63,994 bases of DNA, filler included, from Asterionella formosa (GCA_002256025.1; 21 parts of 21 records of this genome joined end to end with filler, not necessarily neighbours in it); one strand, 5' to 3'. Positions 12,639-25,955 are shown, counted from the whole stretch's first letter. Numbers and translations: made by a program. The notes: generated by a model not told the origin, from the letters alone.

Positions 12639-14033
12639 TCAAACTTCATCACGGAATGGTGGATCAGCAGTAGCAGTTGTAGAAGGAGAGGGAATAGCAA
12701 CAGGAGGAGTTGCAGTAACAACAACCACAGCGATAGGAGGTGTATGGAGAGGAAATGGTGGCTGCTGGTCACCTTGGGGATTGGTGTAATTGAATCTTGT
12801 AATCAGAGCTTGCCTTGTTTGTGGAACCGGCAAATCACCTGATCGTTTGTACCAATGCACCATTAATTTCAATTCTGGCACAGACATCTGTTCTTTTGTT
12901 TTGTTCTGTTCCTTCAATGAAAGTAATTTTCCTCGAAGTGTATTGAATTCTTGTTTCCTTTTTGTTTCTTTTGTACTAATTACAATGTCTGAAATTCGCT
13001 TCTGTTCCAGTGTAGCAGCAAGAATATTTGGCCCAAGAGCAAAGGTTTGTGCAGAGGCCAGTAGTCCTGCTGTTATCCTCTTCTTGTGTCCCTCAATGTG
13101 TGAATCCGCTGTCTCCTTTCTCTTTCTAGCTTGGGCCTCCTGGTTGATTCCATTTTGCACATCCTCGCGTTTGCAAAACTCGATAATTCTTCCAACAATT
13201 GTTCCAGCAAAGCCAGTTTGGAGGTTTAACTCATCAGGAAGGAGAGTGACAGTCTCTGTGGGCGCATTGATGTTCTGTTGTGGTTGAGTTAATTGAATCT
13301 CAGTGTGAAGCAAGACATTATAGTTCAGGGGATACCATCCTCATTCATAAATTGCTTTCTTGTTTGTGGCAATATTTGCAAAGGAATTTCCCATGCCGTA
13401 TTCACCAGTCCAACAATTTCAACCTTGTTAATTGTAAGCTCTTGCCTGTGATCTGCTTTTAAGGTGAGCACTTTGCGTTTTCCTTTTGTGATGTTCATTT
13501 TGAAACAACCGTTTTGCTCACTACTGTCTCCAACCTGCCATTAGCTTGTATCATGAGGAACACCAATACAGACTGTCCAATTGTGTACTGGGTTGTTTAT
13601 GTATTCAAGGAACAAAATGTCAAATCATGACCCATGTCCATCAAATATTAGGAATGGTGGGGGCCCGTTGTTTCGAGGAAAGATGCCAGAGTCATCCATG
13701 TGCTTTAGCATGCCAACCAGAAGCTCTGCAGTGATTGAGCCGTTTTCTGACACACAGCAGTATGTAGGCAACTGTTTCCCTTCCACATCACAGACTGGTC
13801 CTTGTGGATATCGTTTTCCCTTTCCGCTGTTGCCATTTATGTTTTCATCTTCTCCTTTCCAAGCAGCAAACAGATCTAGGCCAAGCTTCTAGCTCCCTAA
13901 TCACATTGTTAAGACAAATCTGAACACTGACCAACTCTTCAGGAGACAATTTCTTTCGAGGCAAGGCATTGCCTTGTCGAGGCGCTTTCGAAGTCATGAT
14001 GTTATTTGTGATGGGTGATTGTTGTGTTTGCAT
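12639..14033 (-). pseudogene. pogo/DDE_1-type transposase remnant, internally deleted, with stops and frameshifts
   Basis: NGSITAELL...PFLIFDGHGS*F...CIGVPHDTS*WQVGDSSEQNGCFK. The N-terminus appears fused directly to the mid-catalytic region near 13885. Confidence 0.85.
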
Positions 14034-14730
14034 TTAATTTTTGTACTCATAATTCGGGAGCGCCAGGAATTCCTATTTGACATTTTCCATTACTGAATTT
14101 ATCTCTTTATTATGGCGCATGAGCGAAAGCTTCGTAGCAATATTAAATAAATTTTAGAGGATACTAAATTAGTTTTCTAGCGGAGGAATATTATTACATC
14201 TGTATACATATATAAAAGGTGATGCTTGCTCAATCGAGTAAACGTGAAAATATCCAATTTTCGCAATTTCACATTGACAGCAACCTTTGGGCGATAATAC
14301 CTAATTAACAATGTACACAATGCAACAATACAAGTACGGAAGTATTTACTCGCCATATAAATCTGAACAACTCATTCGTCACAATAAATAGCGTATCTTG
14401 TAAACAAAATTCAAACCATGCGTTTACTCCGTTTAGCGGTGGCTTACAGTTTTTAAGTGGTACTACCAGGTACCTCGATTTCGTTGCAGCCGTATTTATT
14501 GCATTATTCTATGTATTTTGCTCCGTGATATAATACCGGTATTCATGATCAGCATCAGCCATCTCATTATTTATATAGCTCTCATCTTTTAGTTGAAATA
14601 TTCAAACTGAATTGCCGGTAGTAGCAGAGGTACCGGTATACCGGTAGGAGTAGCAGGTAGCAGTGTACTGGTACCTGGTATCTGGTACCTGTAGTGATAC
14701 GACGACCCTGGACCAGGTACTGGTACCTGG

Positions 14731-14930
14731 TGAGCGATTTTGTGCATCAAAACAGATGTATATAGGGTTAGTGTTATATCATATATGTATAAGAACTCAA
14801 TAATGAGAGAACTCGACTAACCCTCATTGTATACTTTGGTGTCGACTTGGAGAACGAGTTACACACAAGGATTAACAAATAAGCTCATATATTCAATAAA
14901 TACTACTACTTCTAGTTAGATAGTACTTCA
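14731..14930 (+). mobile_element. Gypsy LTR (200 bp, TGA...TCA)
   Basis: Highly similar to the PPT-preceded LTR at 58838-59034. Flanks CCTGG and CTTTG give no clean TSD. Confidence 0.9.
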
Positions 14931-15314
14931 CTTTGAATTCAAAAAGAGTCCAATTAGAATTAATATTGTTGATGTCCTCTCAAGTTCCAGTGGTCCCATT
15001 GATGAAGGATAACAACATACTAAACATCAAGATTCAAACTTCTTTGTGTATCCTTACAAGCCAGGTCGACATTTGGAGTCTTACAGCAAAGATATGATCA
15101 ATTGACGCTCAGGGGAAGCTTGTTTATTGATTTCAAAAAATCCTGTGATATGGCTAACACATATATCTTCAGTCCAGCAGATTCCTTGCTTGTTCACCTA
15201 CTGCTACAAAAGATNNNNNNNNNNNNNNNNNNNNNNNNNNNNNNNNNNNNNNNNNNNNTTAATTAATTAANNNNNNNNNNNNNNNNNNNNNNNNNNNNNN
15301 NNNNNNNNNNNNNN

Positions 15315-15485
15315 GCACATTTTGCGATTCGATGTGGTTGTTCATTAGGCTTGAATTCCAAAGAATATCAACTCCCAGTTGTGGCACTTGTTTGCAACTT
15401 GCAAGCGCCTCAAACTGGTTATGCTGCACTGTTGAGCCATAGTGAAGTCGAAACGTTGTTTCATGAATTTGGTCATGCCTTTTAA
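15315..15485 (+). pseudogene. Mitochondrial intermediate peptidase (M3 family) fragment ending right after HEXXH
   Basis: AHFAIRCG...[11 protein letters not shown]...[18 protein letters not shown]. No obvious splice donor before the stop. Confidence 0.85.
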
Positions 15486-16345
15486 TACCGGTACCAGGGT
15501 AGCTTGTAGTTCACCTTTGTACACAGTGCTAGTTGACTGCTAGTACACTAGCTTTCACTACGGACATAAATGGTTGCACTGGGGGTTGAATTTTTTGCAT
15601 GTACCACCCTGGTACCTGGTACCAGGTACAACCAAGAAAGTAACTTCGACACAAGCATTCCTTACTGTCTTGTCAATTTCGTCTTTCTCCATCTGGGTGT
15701 CTACCATGTAGGATCATAGGGACGTCATACAAATAAGACTCATACGAAACGTAGAATACTAGAATAGCGAGCCCAGAATAAGCTAATTATCGTAAAAGGC
15801 TTTTTGAGTTCATTGCTAAGTGACGTATCCCATTCCCAAACTCCGGGTTCTGTCCGTGTCCTAACTCCAGGCTCTGTTGCAGTCGAGTTGTGCTTAGCCA
15901 TGGGAGGGACTTAGGGCGGGCGATTTAGACGCTATAAATTGCGAAAGGCTTGGCAATGCTTTAGACTGCTTCTTTGAATCATTATTCAAAAAATTGTGTG
16001 CTTTGCCCCTCTTACTATTCCACTGAAGAAAACCTTGCATGATGGTTGCTCTCTTCCTCCCTAGACTTAGCTGCTGATTCTTGGTTGTTTGATTCAACTC
16101 TAAAAGCTAGAACTTAAAAGCCATGTTGCTGCTTTTCAGGTTCCTGCATTTGAACCCCTAGCTCGAGGTAGTGTTGAAAAAAAAATATTAAGTCAGTCAA
16201 ACAAAGACTTCTTACAAGTAAAACGTAAAAGTATATCACTAGACGGAGCTTTCACCAATACACACCCTTTCCATATGCTTAAATACAGTCATTTATCAAA
16301 GTAGGGGTATAGGTCAACGCTATATATCGTCAGGATATAGGATCT

Positions 16346-16470
16346 GGTGAGAAACTGCAGAAAGGAACTTCGGTTTTTTAACTATCATGCTGAAAATAGT
16401 GGATTTTACCGGGCCAACTCGTTTATTTGGCCTAGTTAAAAACCGAAGTTCCTTTCTGCAGTTTCTCGCC
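16346..16470. repeat. 38-39 bp inverted repeat with 48-bp spacer (foldback or MITE-like)
   Basis: GGTGAGAAACTGCAGAAAGGAACTTCGGTTTTTTAACTA versus its reverse complement at 16433-16470, with 1 mismatch and 1 indel. Confidence 0.9.
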
Positions 16471-17548
16471 GAAAGTTAACTTCTGGGGCTATATGAAGAT
16501 TATCTATGTACTTAACTCTTCTTCAAACCCTGCCAACGTTGAGCTATTGTCGTCCAAAAATTCGACAATATCGGCCTTTTCAACGGTCACCAAAATGTCG
16601 GAATCAGAATCACTAATCGCCGAAACGTCATCATCGGAATGGTAGTCTTGTGCTAAAATTTTTAGTCGTAAAATCTCATGTACAAAAAGTTCCGTTGTAA
16701 TTGCTCGCTGTATTATTCATATTCTGATTGGTTATGCATCCTTATATCCGTTCGATTGGCATGGTTTGCGAGGTCTTGCAATCCCACACCGGCCACACTG
16801 GATGCACATGAAGCATTTTCTTGGGTGTTGGCCGATCCTACCCATATACAGGTATCCGTATGGAGTAGGAATACCAAGTACCAGGTAGACCTACCGGTAC
16901 CAGGTAGACCTACCGGTACCAGGTAGCTGATCATCATTGGTCATAGTACGAGGTAGTGCAGGCTTACCAGTACGTTACTACCATTATTATGCACATTCAA
17001 AAATATTTTTCGGAGCCGCCAGGTCATGCATGTGAAACATATTTGTTGATACAAGTAGGTATACTATTGGTAGAGTAGCAATATAAAACATTCAGCGATC
17101 ATTTGAAATGGAATCTATACATGTACACACAAATTTCCACTCATTTGAATATTTTCAAATGGAATCATTGATATTCAAATTAGCACATAAAAGTTCTTAG
17201 TTCCAGGGAATTTTGGCAACCCTAAGCAATATTTTAATTTTTGCCTAGGGGTTCAAATGCAGGAACCATAATGTCTCAGCTTCCTCCCTTGACTTAGATG
17301 CTGACTCTTGGTTGTTTGATTCAACTCTAAAAGCTAGAACTTAGCTATTAGTCATGTTGCTGCTATAGTATTAATGTCTCAGCTTCGACTCCTTTGTTTC
17401 GATTGTGAGTTTATTTGTAGTAGGGGCTTGCTTGGCATGGCCCCATTGCGTCCATCCTTGGCTGTAATATTCTTAGGATAAATACCGGTATATATTGTGT
17501 TAGAATGGAAACCATATACCGGTATGTACACAGTACCTGGACCAGGTA

Positions 17549-17646
17549 CCAGCAAATTGCGGTCATTTTGCTTAAATGAACAATTTAATCTGGGATAAAG
17601 ATAGCTAAATCTTCAGTTCAGCAAAATTACTGAAGCTTGCACCAGG
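17549..17646 (+). mobile_element. Degenerate copy of the MITE at 47248
   Basis: TA-CCAGCAAATTGCGGTCATTTTGCTTAAA...TTAATCTGGGAT..AGCTAAAT matches 47248-47310. Right end decayed, ends CAGG-TA. Confidence 0.65.
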
Positions 17647-18372
17647 TACAAGGAGCGAATGCTGTCAGTAAACTCCCAGTCCTAACTCGATAGTAGACCT
17701 ACATATGTACCAGCAGAGCATCTCTGGGTTAATTAACGAGAAATTTCCATAATAAAATTGATGAAATATATACAGAACACACTCCTATTATCATACCTAG
17801 CAGAGGAATATTAGAGCATGCCTCTGGTGTCATCATTCAATGGTGAACAGGAAGAGTACCGGTAGGCAGTATGGAGATGACACATATGACCAATACGTAT
17901 GTATGTGGCCGAACTTGAATGAACGGATTAATGGGAGGCTGCCACTGTACTGCTATCGACAGGATGTCCGGCGGCATACTTATGCATTCGTCGTGACATG
18001 TTCAGCGCTTGTTTATATTTTGCTTACTAATACAAATTGATTTCCGGTAGTCTAGTAGTCTCCATACATAATAGACTACAGGTATAAATATTAGATTAGA
18101 GTACTGTACATTATAATTTTTACCCACGTCACACTCGTGTGCATGAGTGTCGTTCATTTTTTATCCGTGTTTTGACAATGGTGTCGATTCGGGTCGCTCT
18201 ACTTCTACTCCACCTCTTGACAACGTTTTCGATCATATTTGCGTTTCCAAAGCAAAGGCTCGTTTGCGTCAANNNNNNNNNNNNNNNNNNNNNNNNNNNN
18301 NNNNNNNNNNNNNNNNTTAATTAATTAANNNNNNNNNNNNNNNNNNNNNNNNNNNNNNNNNNNNNNNNNNNN

Positions 18373-18782
18373 TACCTTTTGTATAGATCTATATCGTTAG
18401 ACAAAGAAGACTATAGATAGAGACGTTCGTTTCTCTTTCCGTTTCTATATTCTTATTGTGAGTTTACTAATCTAGTTTAGGTTGTTCTGTTTGAACAAAA
18501 CAAACGAACTATTCTCCAAATGCTGTTTGCATTTCTAGGAACATACAATCATAGATAGACCCATGTCTATCTCACACTTACTGATCATAGGTATTTAACC
18601 ATGATCATTCATTTCAAACTATCGGTCTTCCGAAATAGCTTATGTTGTCCGGTTCATTATAGTCGGAGTAGCAAAGTATAATGTGTGGTTGATGAGAGCT
18701 TGGTACATCAAAGTGGACTCATTCGAATCGTTTGACTCGTTTGACTCCGAGTCCTAACTACGTAGATGAGCTCACTTTAACA
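18373..18782 (-). mobile_element. Copia 3' LTR, truncated by the contig edge (full length about 421 bp)
   Basis: Begins TGTTAAAGT after PPT AAGGAGAG (18783-18790). Bases 18373-18488 are identical to 33434-33549, which supplies the matching ACTTTAACA end. Confidence 0.9.
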
Positions 18783-21330
18783 CTCTCCTTGTTCCAACAA
18801 TCCATCATCCCGTTTTGGATCGCATATCCGTGCATGTTCATAATCTTGTCCGTGACATTTTTAGTTAGAACATCTGCTGGATTCTTTTCCGTATTGACGT
18901 AGTCAACCTTAATCGTTCCGTTTTCGACTTGTTCTCGTACATAGTGGTATCTAACGTCGATGTGTTTTGTACATGCCCCGAACTGATGATTTTTCGTTAA
19001 ATAAATCGCACCGGTATTGTCCTCACCCATTAGACTAGGCATCACGATAGTGGTTATTTCTCCCAGTAGATTCGTTGCGAAGACAGTTTCATTTGAGCCG
19101 TTACTGAGTGCGACATATTCACACTCGGTGCTTGATTGCGTTACGATATCCTGTCCTTTTGATATCCAGTGAATTAGGGCGCACCCTCAGATCGTGCCTA
19201 AATAACCGCTGACACTTTTTCGTGTATCAGGATTAGAGGCGAAGGCGCTGTCCACGACATCTTGTACACGTAGCTCGTTGGGCGCACGTAGTTTCATTCT
19301 GCATGCAATGTCCCCATGTAGACATAAATACCCGAGTAGGCGTTCCAATGCTTGCCAGTGCGTTTCGCCTGGGCTGTCGAGGTGCATTGACAATTCACGA
19401 CATGCGTTGGCGCATACTGGCGATATTTTCTTCACGAAGTAAAGTATCTTTCCAACGAGGGAGCGATATTCCTTATTCTTGATCGTCTCTCCTCGGTTCT
19501 TACTTAGGACCGTTCCCGGGAATCCCGGCCTTGAGGCTTTCTTTGGTTCCTTTCCAAATATAGTCGTGTAGTCATTAATCATATCTTTGACAAAGTCCTC
19601 CATTTCGGACTGTAGATAGCGTCCGTTCTCGTCTTCGCCCCATTCGTACCATACTCCTGGATGCTTGCGTAGCTGGCCAAGCTCTTTAACGTTGAAGTAT
19701 TGTTTCAGTGCCAACTTGAACTTGTTGACGTCGGCTTGGGTGCCGGTTACTATGAGGTCATCGACGTAGGTGCATAGCAGTAGGGTAAGGATGCCTTCTC
19801 GTTTTTCGTAGAACACGCAGGGGTCGACACGGCTTTGCTTGAGTCCCATATCAAGTAGGCAGTCTCGTAGTTTCTTGAACCATTGCCGTGCAGCTTGTAC
19901 CGTACCGTACATTGCCTTATCCAGTCGGATGCAGTTGTCAGTCATAGTCGTTTCATTTTCTTAGTGGAAGTCAGCGATTCCATCTGGCCATTCTGTGTAG
20001 ATTTCTTCGTCGAGGTCGGCTTCGAGGAATGCCGCTTCGATGTCCACAATTTCACAAACAAAATCTTTTCTGTGTAGGGTGAGCGCAAACACAATACGTA
20101 GGCCTGTATCCGTAACAACAGGTGCGAATGAGTCTGTGAAGTCGACACCTGGTATCTGCACGTAGCCTTTTACAACGATGCGGCCCTTGTAGCACGTAGT
20201 GTTGTCGTGCTCATTCTTCTTTTAAAATACCCATTTTGCTCCCAGTGGCTTTCGTCCATTTAGATTCTTACGAGGATGTAGCTTCCACACTTTGCGGGAG
20301 TAGAAGTTTTCAATTTCAGCTTTGATTGCCTTGGTCCATTCGTCTTTTTCGTTACTTAGTAGTGCCTGCTTGTAGCTCTTGGGTTCCAGTGGGTCGGAAG
20401 CTAGGCTCGTTGAATGTGCTTCCTCGTTAGGTTCGTGCTCTTCGAGGTTTTCATTCGTGTCGTCATCCAAAATAAGCGTGCGTGCTGCGGATGATTGCTG
20501 ACGTGTACCTGCACGAGTAGGTGTAGGCGAGGTCACAAGGCCTGTTGCTAGCCTATTCATTTCTCGATCTAGCTTTGTAGATTTCGTAGCATAATTCGTA
20601 CGATGCTCGTTCGTACTCATACCACCTGCGACGGAATCTGCAAAGCTCAATCCCTTGGGAGTACTTGGATCGTCCGGTTTCGTTGGTAGTGTCGTATCAG
20701 CCCCTTGTTCGTCAGGAGGTACTATTGCGTTGGAGGGTTTAGTAGGAGTGGAGGCCTTGAGGGTCGTGACTTTAGGTACCGCTTTGGCCTTTGCCTTAGC
20801 TAGTGCGCAGCCTTCACACGACTGAATCTTGCCCGTAGGTTCAATACCGAGGGACTTTAGCGTTGCGCGAAGGGATGCCTCGCTGATGTGGCCATATTTG
20901 TCGTGGGCCTCGTTGATGTCAATTTGCGTTGGTTTCTTGGTAGTTTTTGCCGTAGGAAGTTGCGTGACTGTCTTGGTATTCGTTGGAGTAGGATCAGGTG
21001 TACGGTTTGTTGTCGAGTCGTGGATAGACAAGACCGTTTCGGATTGTAGGGTACGTTTTCCCTTGAAGTAGTAAAGGACGCCTTGATCCTCACAAGAAAA
21101 GGTTAGTTCGTTGTCGTACCCTTCCTTATGTAGACTCAACTCAGACCCCTTCATGCGTGCCTCGCACCCTCCGTTCTTGACAAATTGCCCGATACTGACG
21201 ATGTTCTCGTGGAAGTGTGGAGTGTAGGGTACCTTGCGTAGTAACATGGAGCACGTCTTGTTGGTAATCAGAATATCACCTCGTTTCGTGCATACCACCT
21301 CTTTACCGTCACCGACAATGACCGAGACGT
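18758..21330 (-). mobile_element. Ty1/Copia pol, defective: pre-integrase HHCC, no integrase core, RT, RNase H, three in-frame stops
   Basis: AHDKYGH...CEGC, QIPGVDFTDSFAPV, LDKAMYG, YVDD, SSTECEY, EDNTGA, TKHIDVRYH. All pieces share one frame with stops at 20222, 19961 and 19187. Confidence 0.95.
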
Positions 21331-21518
21331 NNNNNNNNNNNNNNNNNNNNNNNNNNNNNNNNNNNNNNNNNNNNTTAATTAATTAANNNNNNNNNNNNNN
21401 NNNNNNNNNNNNNNNNNNNNNNNNNNNNNNTTATGACTTTTCTGCGTCATCGCAAATCGTTGCAGCGCTGGTGACCTGCACGTGTATGTTGCGCAAGTTG
21501 TCTGCTCGAATAAGGGAG

Positions 21519-21938
21519 TGTGAGAATATTCGAAGTTCCTACGGGTGAATAGTCTTATGATCCCGGTATGAAAGTATCTGATGGGTTTCCGGGTTTGTTT
21601 TCGGTTGTTGTTGGATTCGATTTGTAACTTGCTTCAGATGCCGATGCCGTTTCCATCAAAGCTGCTGGGTCCTCCTTGACAATGTTTGGTGGCGATCTCA
21701 GTATCGATTTGAGAGGTGGTATGGGCGATGTTCCAGGTGTCATTCGTGTATATTCGAATGTTCCCGGTCTTCTCTTGTTGCCGTTTTGTGAGCGATCCAA
21801 CTGATGGTTGATGAGTTGCCTTTTGTGGAAATGACAATACTATCTCATATAACTAAAATAGATTCGTTCGATATTGATCCTGTCTTATTGCTTATTAAAC
21901 TACGTTTATTTGTATTTGATATTCGGTGGTTTCCCTCA
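21519..21938 (+). mobile_element. Copia 3' LTR (420 bp)
   Basis: Preceded by PPT AATAAGGGAG, termini TG...CA. Near-identical to 26423-26842 in reverse orientation. Confidence 0.92.
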
Positions 21939-24086
21939 GGTTCGATTCCGAATTTGACATGATGTTTACTTTCGACTCACGCAAAAATGAATGGTATGCG
22001 TACAAATGCTAAAATGTCGAGGATGCATCGTGTATGGATCATACAGTGTTTCCTTTCCCCGTACTTGCAGATTTTGGCGATCTTCAAAATGATGTTGGTG
22101 AAGGACAAGAGGAGAAGGAGGACGCCAATGATGATATCATGGATGATAATGATGCTGATACTGATGATTAGGGTGTTGCTAGGGCCCACAAGACACCTGG
22201 GGATCTGAAATATGGGGAGCATATTCCTATTGGATCTCCAAAGAGGGATCATGAGGGATTGTTGTACGAACAAGCAATAAGACAAGAAGCGTCAGATGCG
22301 ATATTTAAAAAAGCATCAAGATTTTGCGGTGCATTTATGTTATTTGCGCCATTTGGATGGTTTGTACTTTACATTTTATAGGTTTTTTATTTATTTTTGT
22401 GAACGAGGAAAGTTTTTTCGTGCGTACCAGTAATAATATTCTCATTATTATATATATAGACTACTGATCATGCATGATGCTTTGTGAAGCAGATGCATTT
22501 GAACAGATCGCCAACCATAGTTAAATACCAACTTATACCTCTCTGCCCATCGTGGATACTCCACCTACTACTAACTTCCTGTCTCTTAACAGCCCTGCCA
22601 AGACTGCTGTTTCTCCTCTACTACTATTTTCTTGTCCCACAACAGTCCTGTCCATCATGGTTACTCCGCCCCCTATTAACAAGTTCCGGTCCCACAACAG
22701 TCATGTCCATCGTGGTAACTCCACTATTAATAATTTACTGTCTCTCCAACTTGACTGTTGTCAACTGGCGACAACTCCTAGCTTGTTCTACTTTTATCAT
22801 TTAACATTTAGCTCACTTTATTCCGAAACATAGAGTCTACAAGCCTTCATTTAAGTTACTATTCTTCAATTATCTACAGTTTCCATAACACTTTCAAGTA
22901 CCATGACGGCACTGTTTTTCTTGTATCGGCACTAAAATACACAGGTCATAAAGCAAGAATTACAACGCCTTGATGGTACCAGTACCGGTATATGGCTGTA
23001 CACAAATACGGGTAACTACCGAGAGTAGTCTGGTACCAGGTACCTGGTTCTTTATGTAGCAATAGATATGCAGTAATCCGTATGCGGTATATGTAGACGG
23101 TAGAAAGATCTATGCATATATATATATATATCTACAAGCGTTACAAAAATATCATCCATCAGTCATAATCAATCTGGAGAAGAGAACTAAAGGTTAATAA
23201 GTTAAGTGCCATATTAGGTAGGAGTACAGGGTAGTATAGATATAGATATAGCAGAAATAATGTAGGTGAGCCTAAGGATAGAACTGACAGTCCATTACAC
23301 TTTTTGCATAAAAGTGTCCGAAAATGTATGATGAGTTAATCAGGGGAACTCGGGATTTTTTTGACTAAATTTGTAGCAAATCAATAATAAGTTTTATCAA
23401 TGATAGAAACTTTTCCTAACTAAATTTTCATTGACTCTTTTTACTTAGTATATTGAAAATCGAAAAATAATTATATATTTGTACTACTGTACATTTTGTC
23501 AAGAAATCGGATGCATAATGCATCAGATGTACTTAGCTTTTCGACATGGAACACATCATACATACAACAAACCTCGTATATACTTTGTACATTCTGTATG
23601 TATAGCGTTAAATATTATACATGCGTGGTACCAGATACCATCAGGAAGTACTTCCAGGTGGGTTTTACAGCTGCCTGTGGTATGGGGTCGATCAGACAAC
23701 AACTCCATCTTGACCATGACGAAATTAGGGAGTTGAATATCTTCACGAATATTGACAATGAACAATTCCTATTACGCAGATGTATGTAGAGTAACATGGA
23801 CGAGATTATCGTTTAATAATAAAGTTTTTTGCACTAGTATTGACAACAAAAAGTTAAAATCGGCGCTGAAAGTTGTTTTTGGTCGTCATTTGCTCAGTTT
23901 GGAAGATATGACCGAAGTAGCGACAGTTTTAAGTCCGCGATGATTAGCTTGATAACTTTGACTTGATAAGGATTTTTATGTTTTGTAGAAATAGATGAGA
24001 AAACCTGATCGACATTATTCTCGGAGAGGGATCAACATTTCAAGATGCAACAAATTCCTCTATGTCGTTGAGCATCGTTTAGCATT

Positions 24087-24387
24087 GCATGTCTCCGTAG
24101 TGAATCGAAATTGAGATGTGCCACAATGGCCTTCTCCGTTTCGGAGCAGCTACAAATATTCTACAGCGATAACTCTAGCAAGTACAATATAGAAAAAGAA
24201 GGAAAGGATGAGTAGCTGACAACAATTGAATCCGTAAATTCGTTAAGAAACAGCTGTTGCATATTTCAACCTTGCATGTCGCCGTAGTGAGTCAAAATTG
24301 AGATGTGCCGCAATGACCGTCTTCTTTTCGGAGCGGCTACAAATAGTCTACAGCAATAAGTCGAGCAAGTACAATATAGAAAAAGAA
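24087..24387 (+). repeat. Satellite B, ~187-195 bp monomer
   Basis: GCATGTCxCCGTAGTGA recurs at 24087 and 24274. Same family at 61054-61572. Confidence 0.9.
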
Positions 24388-24487
24388 NNNNNNNNNNNNN
24401 NNNNNNNNNNNNNNNNNNNNNNNNNNNNNNNTTAATTAATTAANNNNNNNNNNNNNNNNNNNNNNNNNNNNNNNNNNNNNNNNNNNN

Positions 24488-25955
24488 TTTCATTAAACCA
24501 TACTTCTCCCCATTCTGGAAGATCAGCCTTCATATTAGTTACCATGGATCCACCATTTGTGGCCAGGTGCATGCTTCCGTTGGTTGACATTCGAATGTTA
24601 TTAACCATTTTTGGATTGCAAAAGACTGTGACACTTGATTGATTATCCAATAGTATCCAGTCACGCATCTCAGATGCTTGGTAAAATTGTAGTTTCATAT
24701 GAGCTCCCGTCCATCCAAATTGATTGGCATTTGCTTGTTGTGAAGCTTGTGATGACGGCGGGTTGTTGGAATTAACAGAGGTAACTGTACTCGTGTCGGA
24801 TGTATTAGTAGCCTGTGCCTGTGCATGGCTTTGAGCCTTGTTGATAGCCCATTCCTATTTGGGTTTATTCTTGTCTCGGCACGAAGGGGATTTGTGACCT
24901 GCTTTTCCGCAGCAGTAACATTTTCCTTCTAACTGTGCGAACGATAAGTTCACATCTTCGTCTTCCCTGCCTGCATCCTTCTGTTTCCTCTCTTTATCAT
25001 TATCTCCTGGTTTCTTGTAGACGGATTTATTTGTTACGTCAAACCGATGGTTGCTGAGAACATTATTTGATTCGGTGATGGTCTTCGGGTATTGATCGTT
25101 GCCAAGTGATTGTTGAGTGTTCAGCCCGGTCATAATTGAACCGTATTTAGCTTTATCGGCATTATCGAGATATAAATATGCCATAAATTGACTGAAAGCT
25201 TGTTCGCGAAATTTATCTTGTTGTTTGATGTCATTCTCATTGTATCCATCCATGGCTTCAACGAACTTGGTGAGGATAATGGGTCCTCCCATGTGTGACT
25301 TGAGCACATCACGTGCCACACGGAATCTCTTGGTGTAGTCTTGTAGACTTTCTCCATCTTTCTGCTTTGTAAATAAAAGCGTTTTCATCGCATTTAAAAT
25401 GATCGAAATAGAATATCGATTTTCTTGAAAATTTAGTGCGTGTTCTTTAATTGCCATAAGCAATGTTATTGGGTTATTTTTGATCCTATTGTAATCGGAT
25501 CTTGCTTCAATCTTGTTCTTCATGGCTTTGTTGCATCTTTCCCAGAGCAACGCATATGCCTTGGTATTATTATTTTCGTAGGCCTGTACCCTTTTACTGT
25601 AGGTGTCATAGTCAGCTTTGAACTCAATCTCATATTGTCGATTCTCTGCAGCGCGATCTTCTTCTGTTGTTGCAATGCTCACTTGCATTCTTGGCTTCCA
25701 TGCCAATGTGCTCATTGGTTCTAATAACTCGAGCGCAGTTCCTATGTCGTTGCCATAGTCGAACACTTTCTTGATATGATTGATGAGGTACTCAGTAGTA
25801 GTCTCATAATCAGATGCCAGCTTCGATGATCCGAGGTAGTAGTTATAGTCATTGACTGACTTCTTGATTGATTGAGAAGCAATATTGCTCCCTCCCTTGG
25901 CTTGAAACTTGCCCTTGGCTTGAGCCTTCTTGGTAAACTTTCCTTTGCCACTCAT
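24488..25955 (-). mobile_element. CoDi-type Copia gag plus protease start, one in-frame TAG at 24855-24857
   Basis: QKDGESLQDYTKRF, LGNDQYPKT, CCHC knuckle CYCCGKAGHKSPSC, then in the same frame WILLDNQSSV (aspartic protease-like). Confidence 0.93.

Noticed and set aside
18758..21330. Stop-codon reassignment explaining three in-frame stops in Copia pol
   Set aside because: The stops differ (TAA, TAA, TGA), other conserved residues are also mutated, and host genes use TAA, TAG and TGA as normal stops.
22070..22381. Acidic exon-like stretch ending in a hydrophobic tail after the LTR
   Set aside because: In-frame TAG, no consistent upstream exon and no recognisable family.
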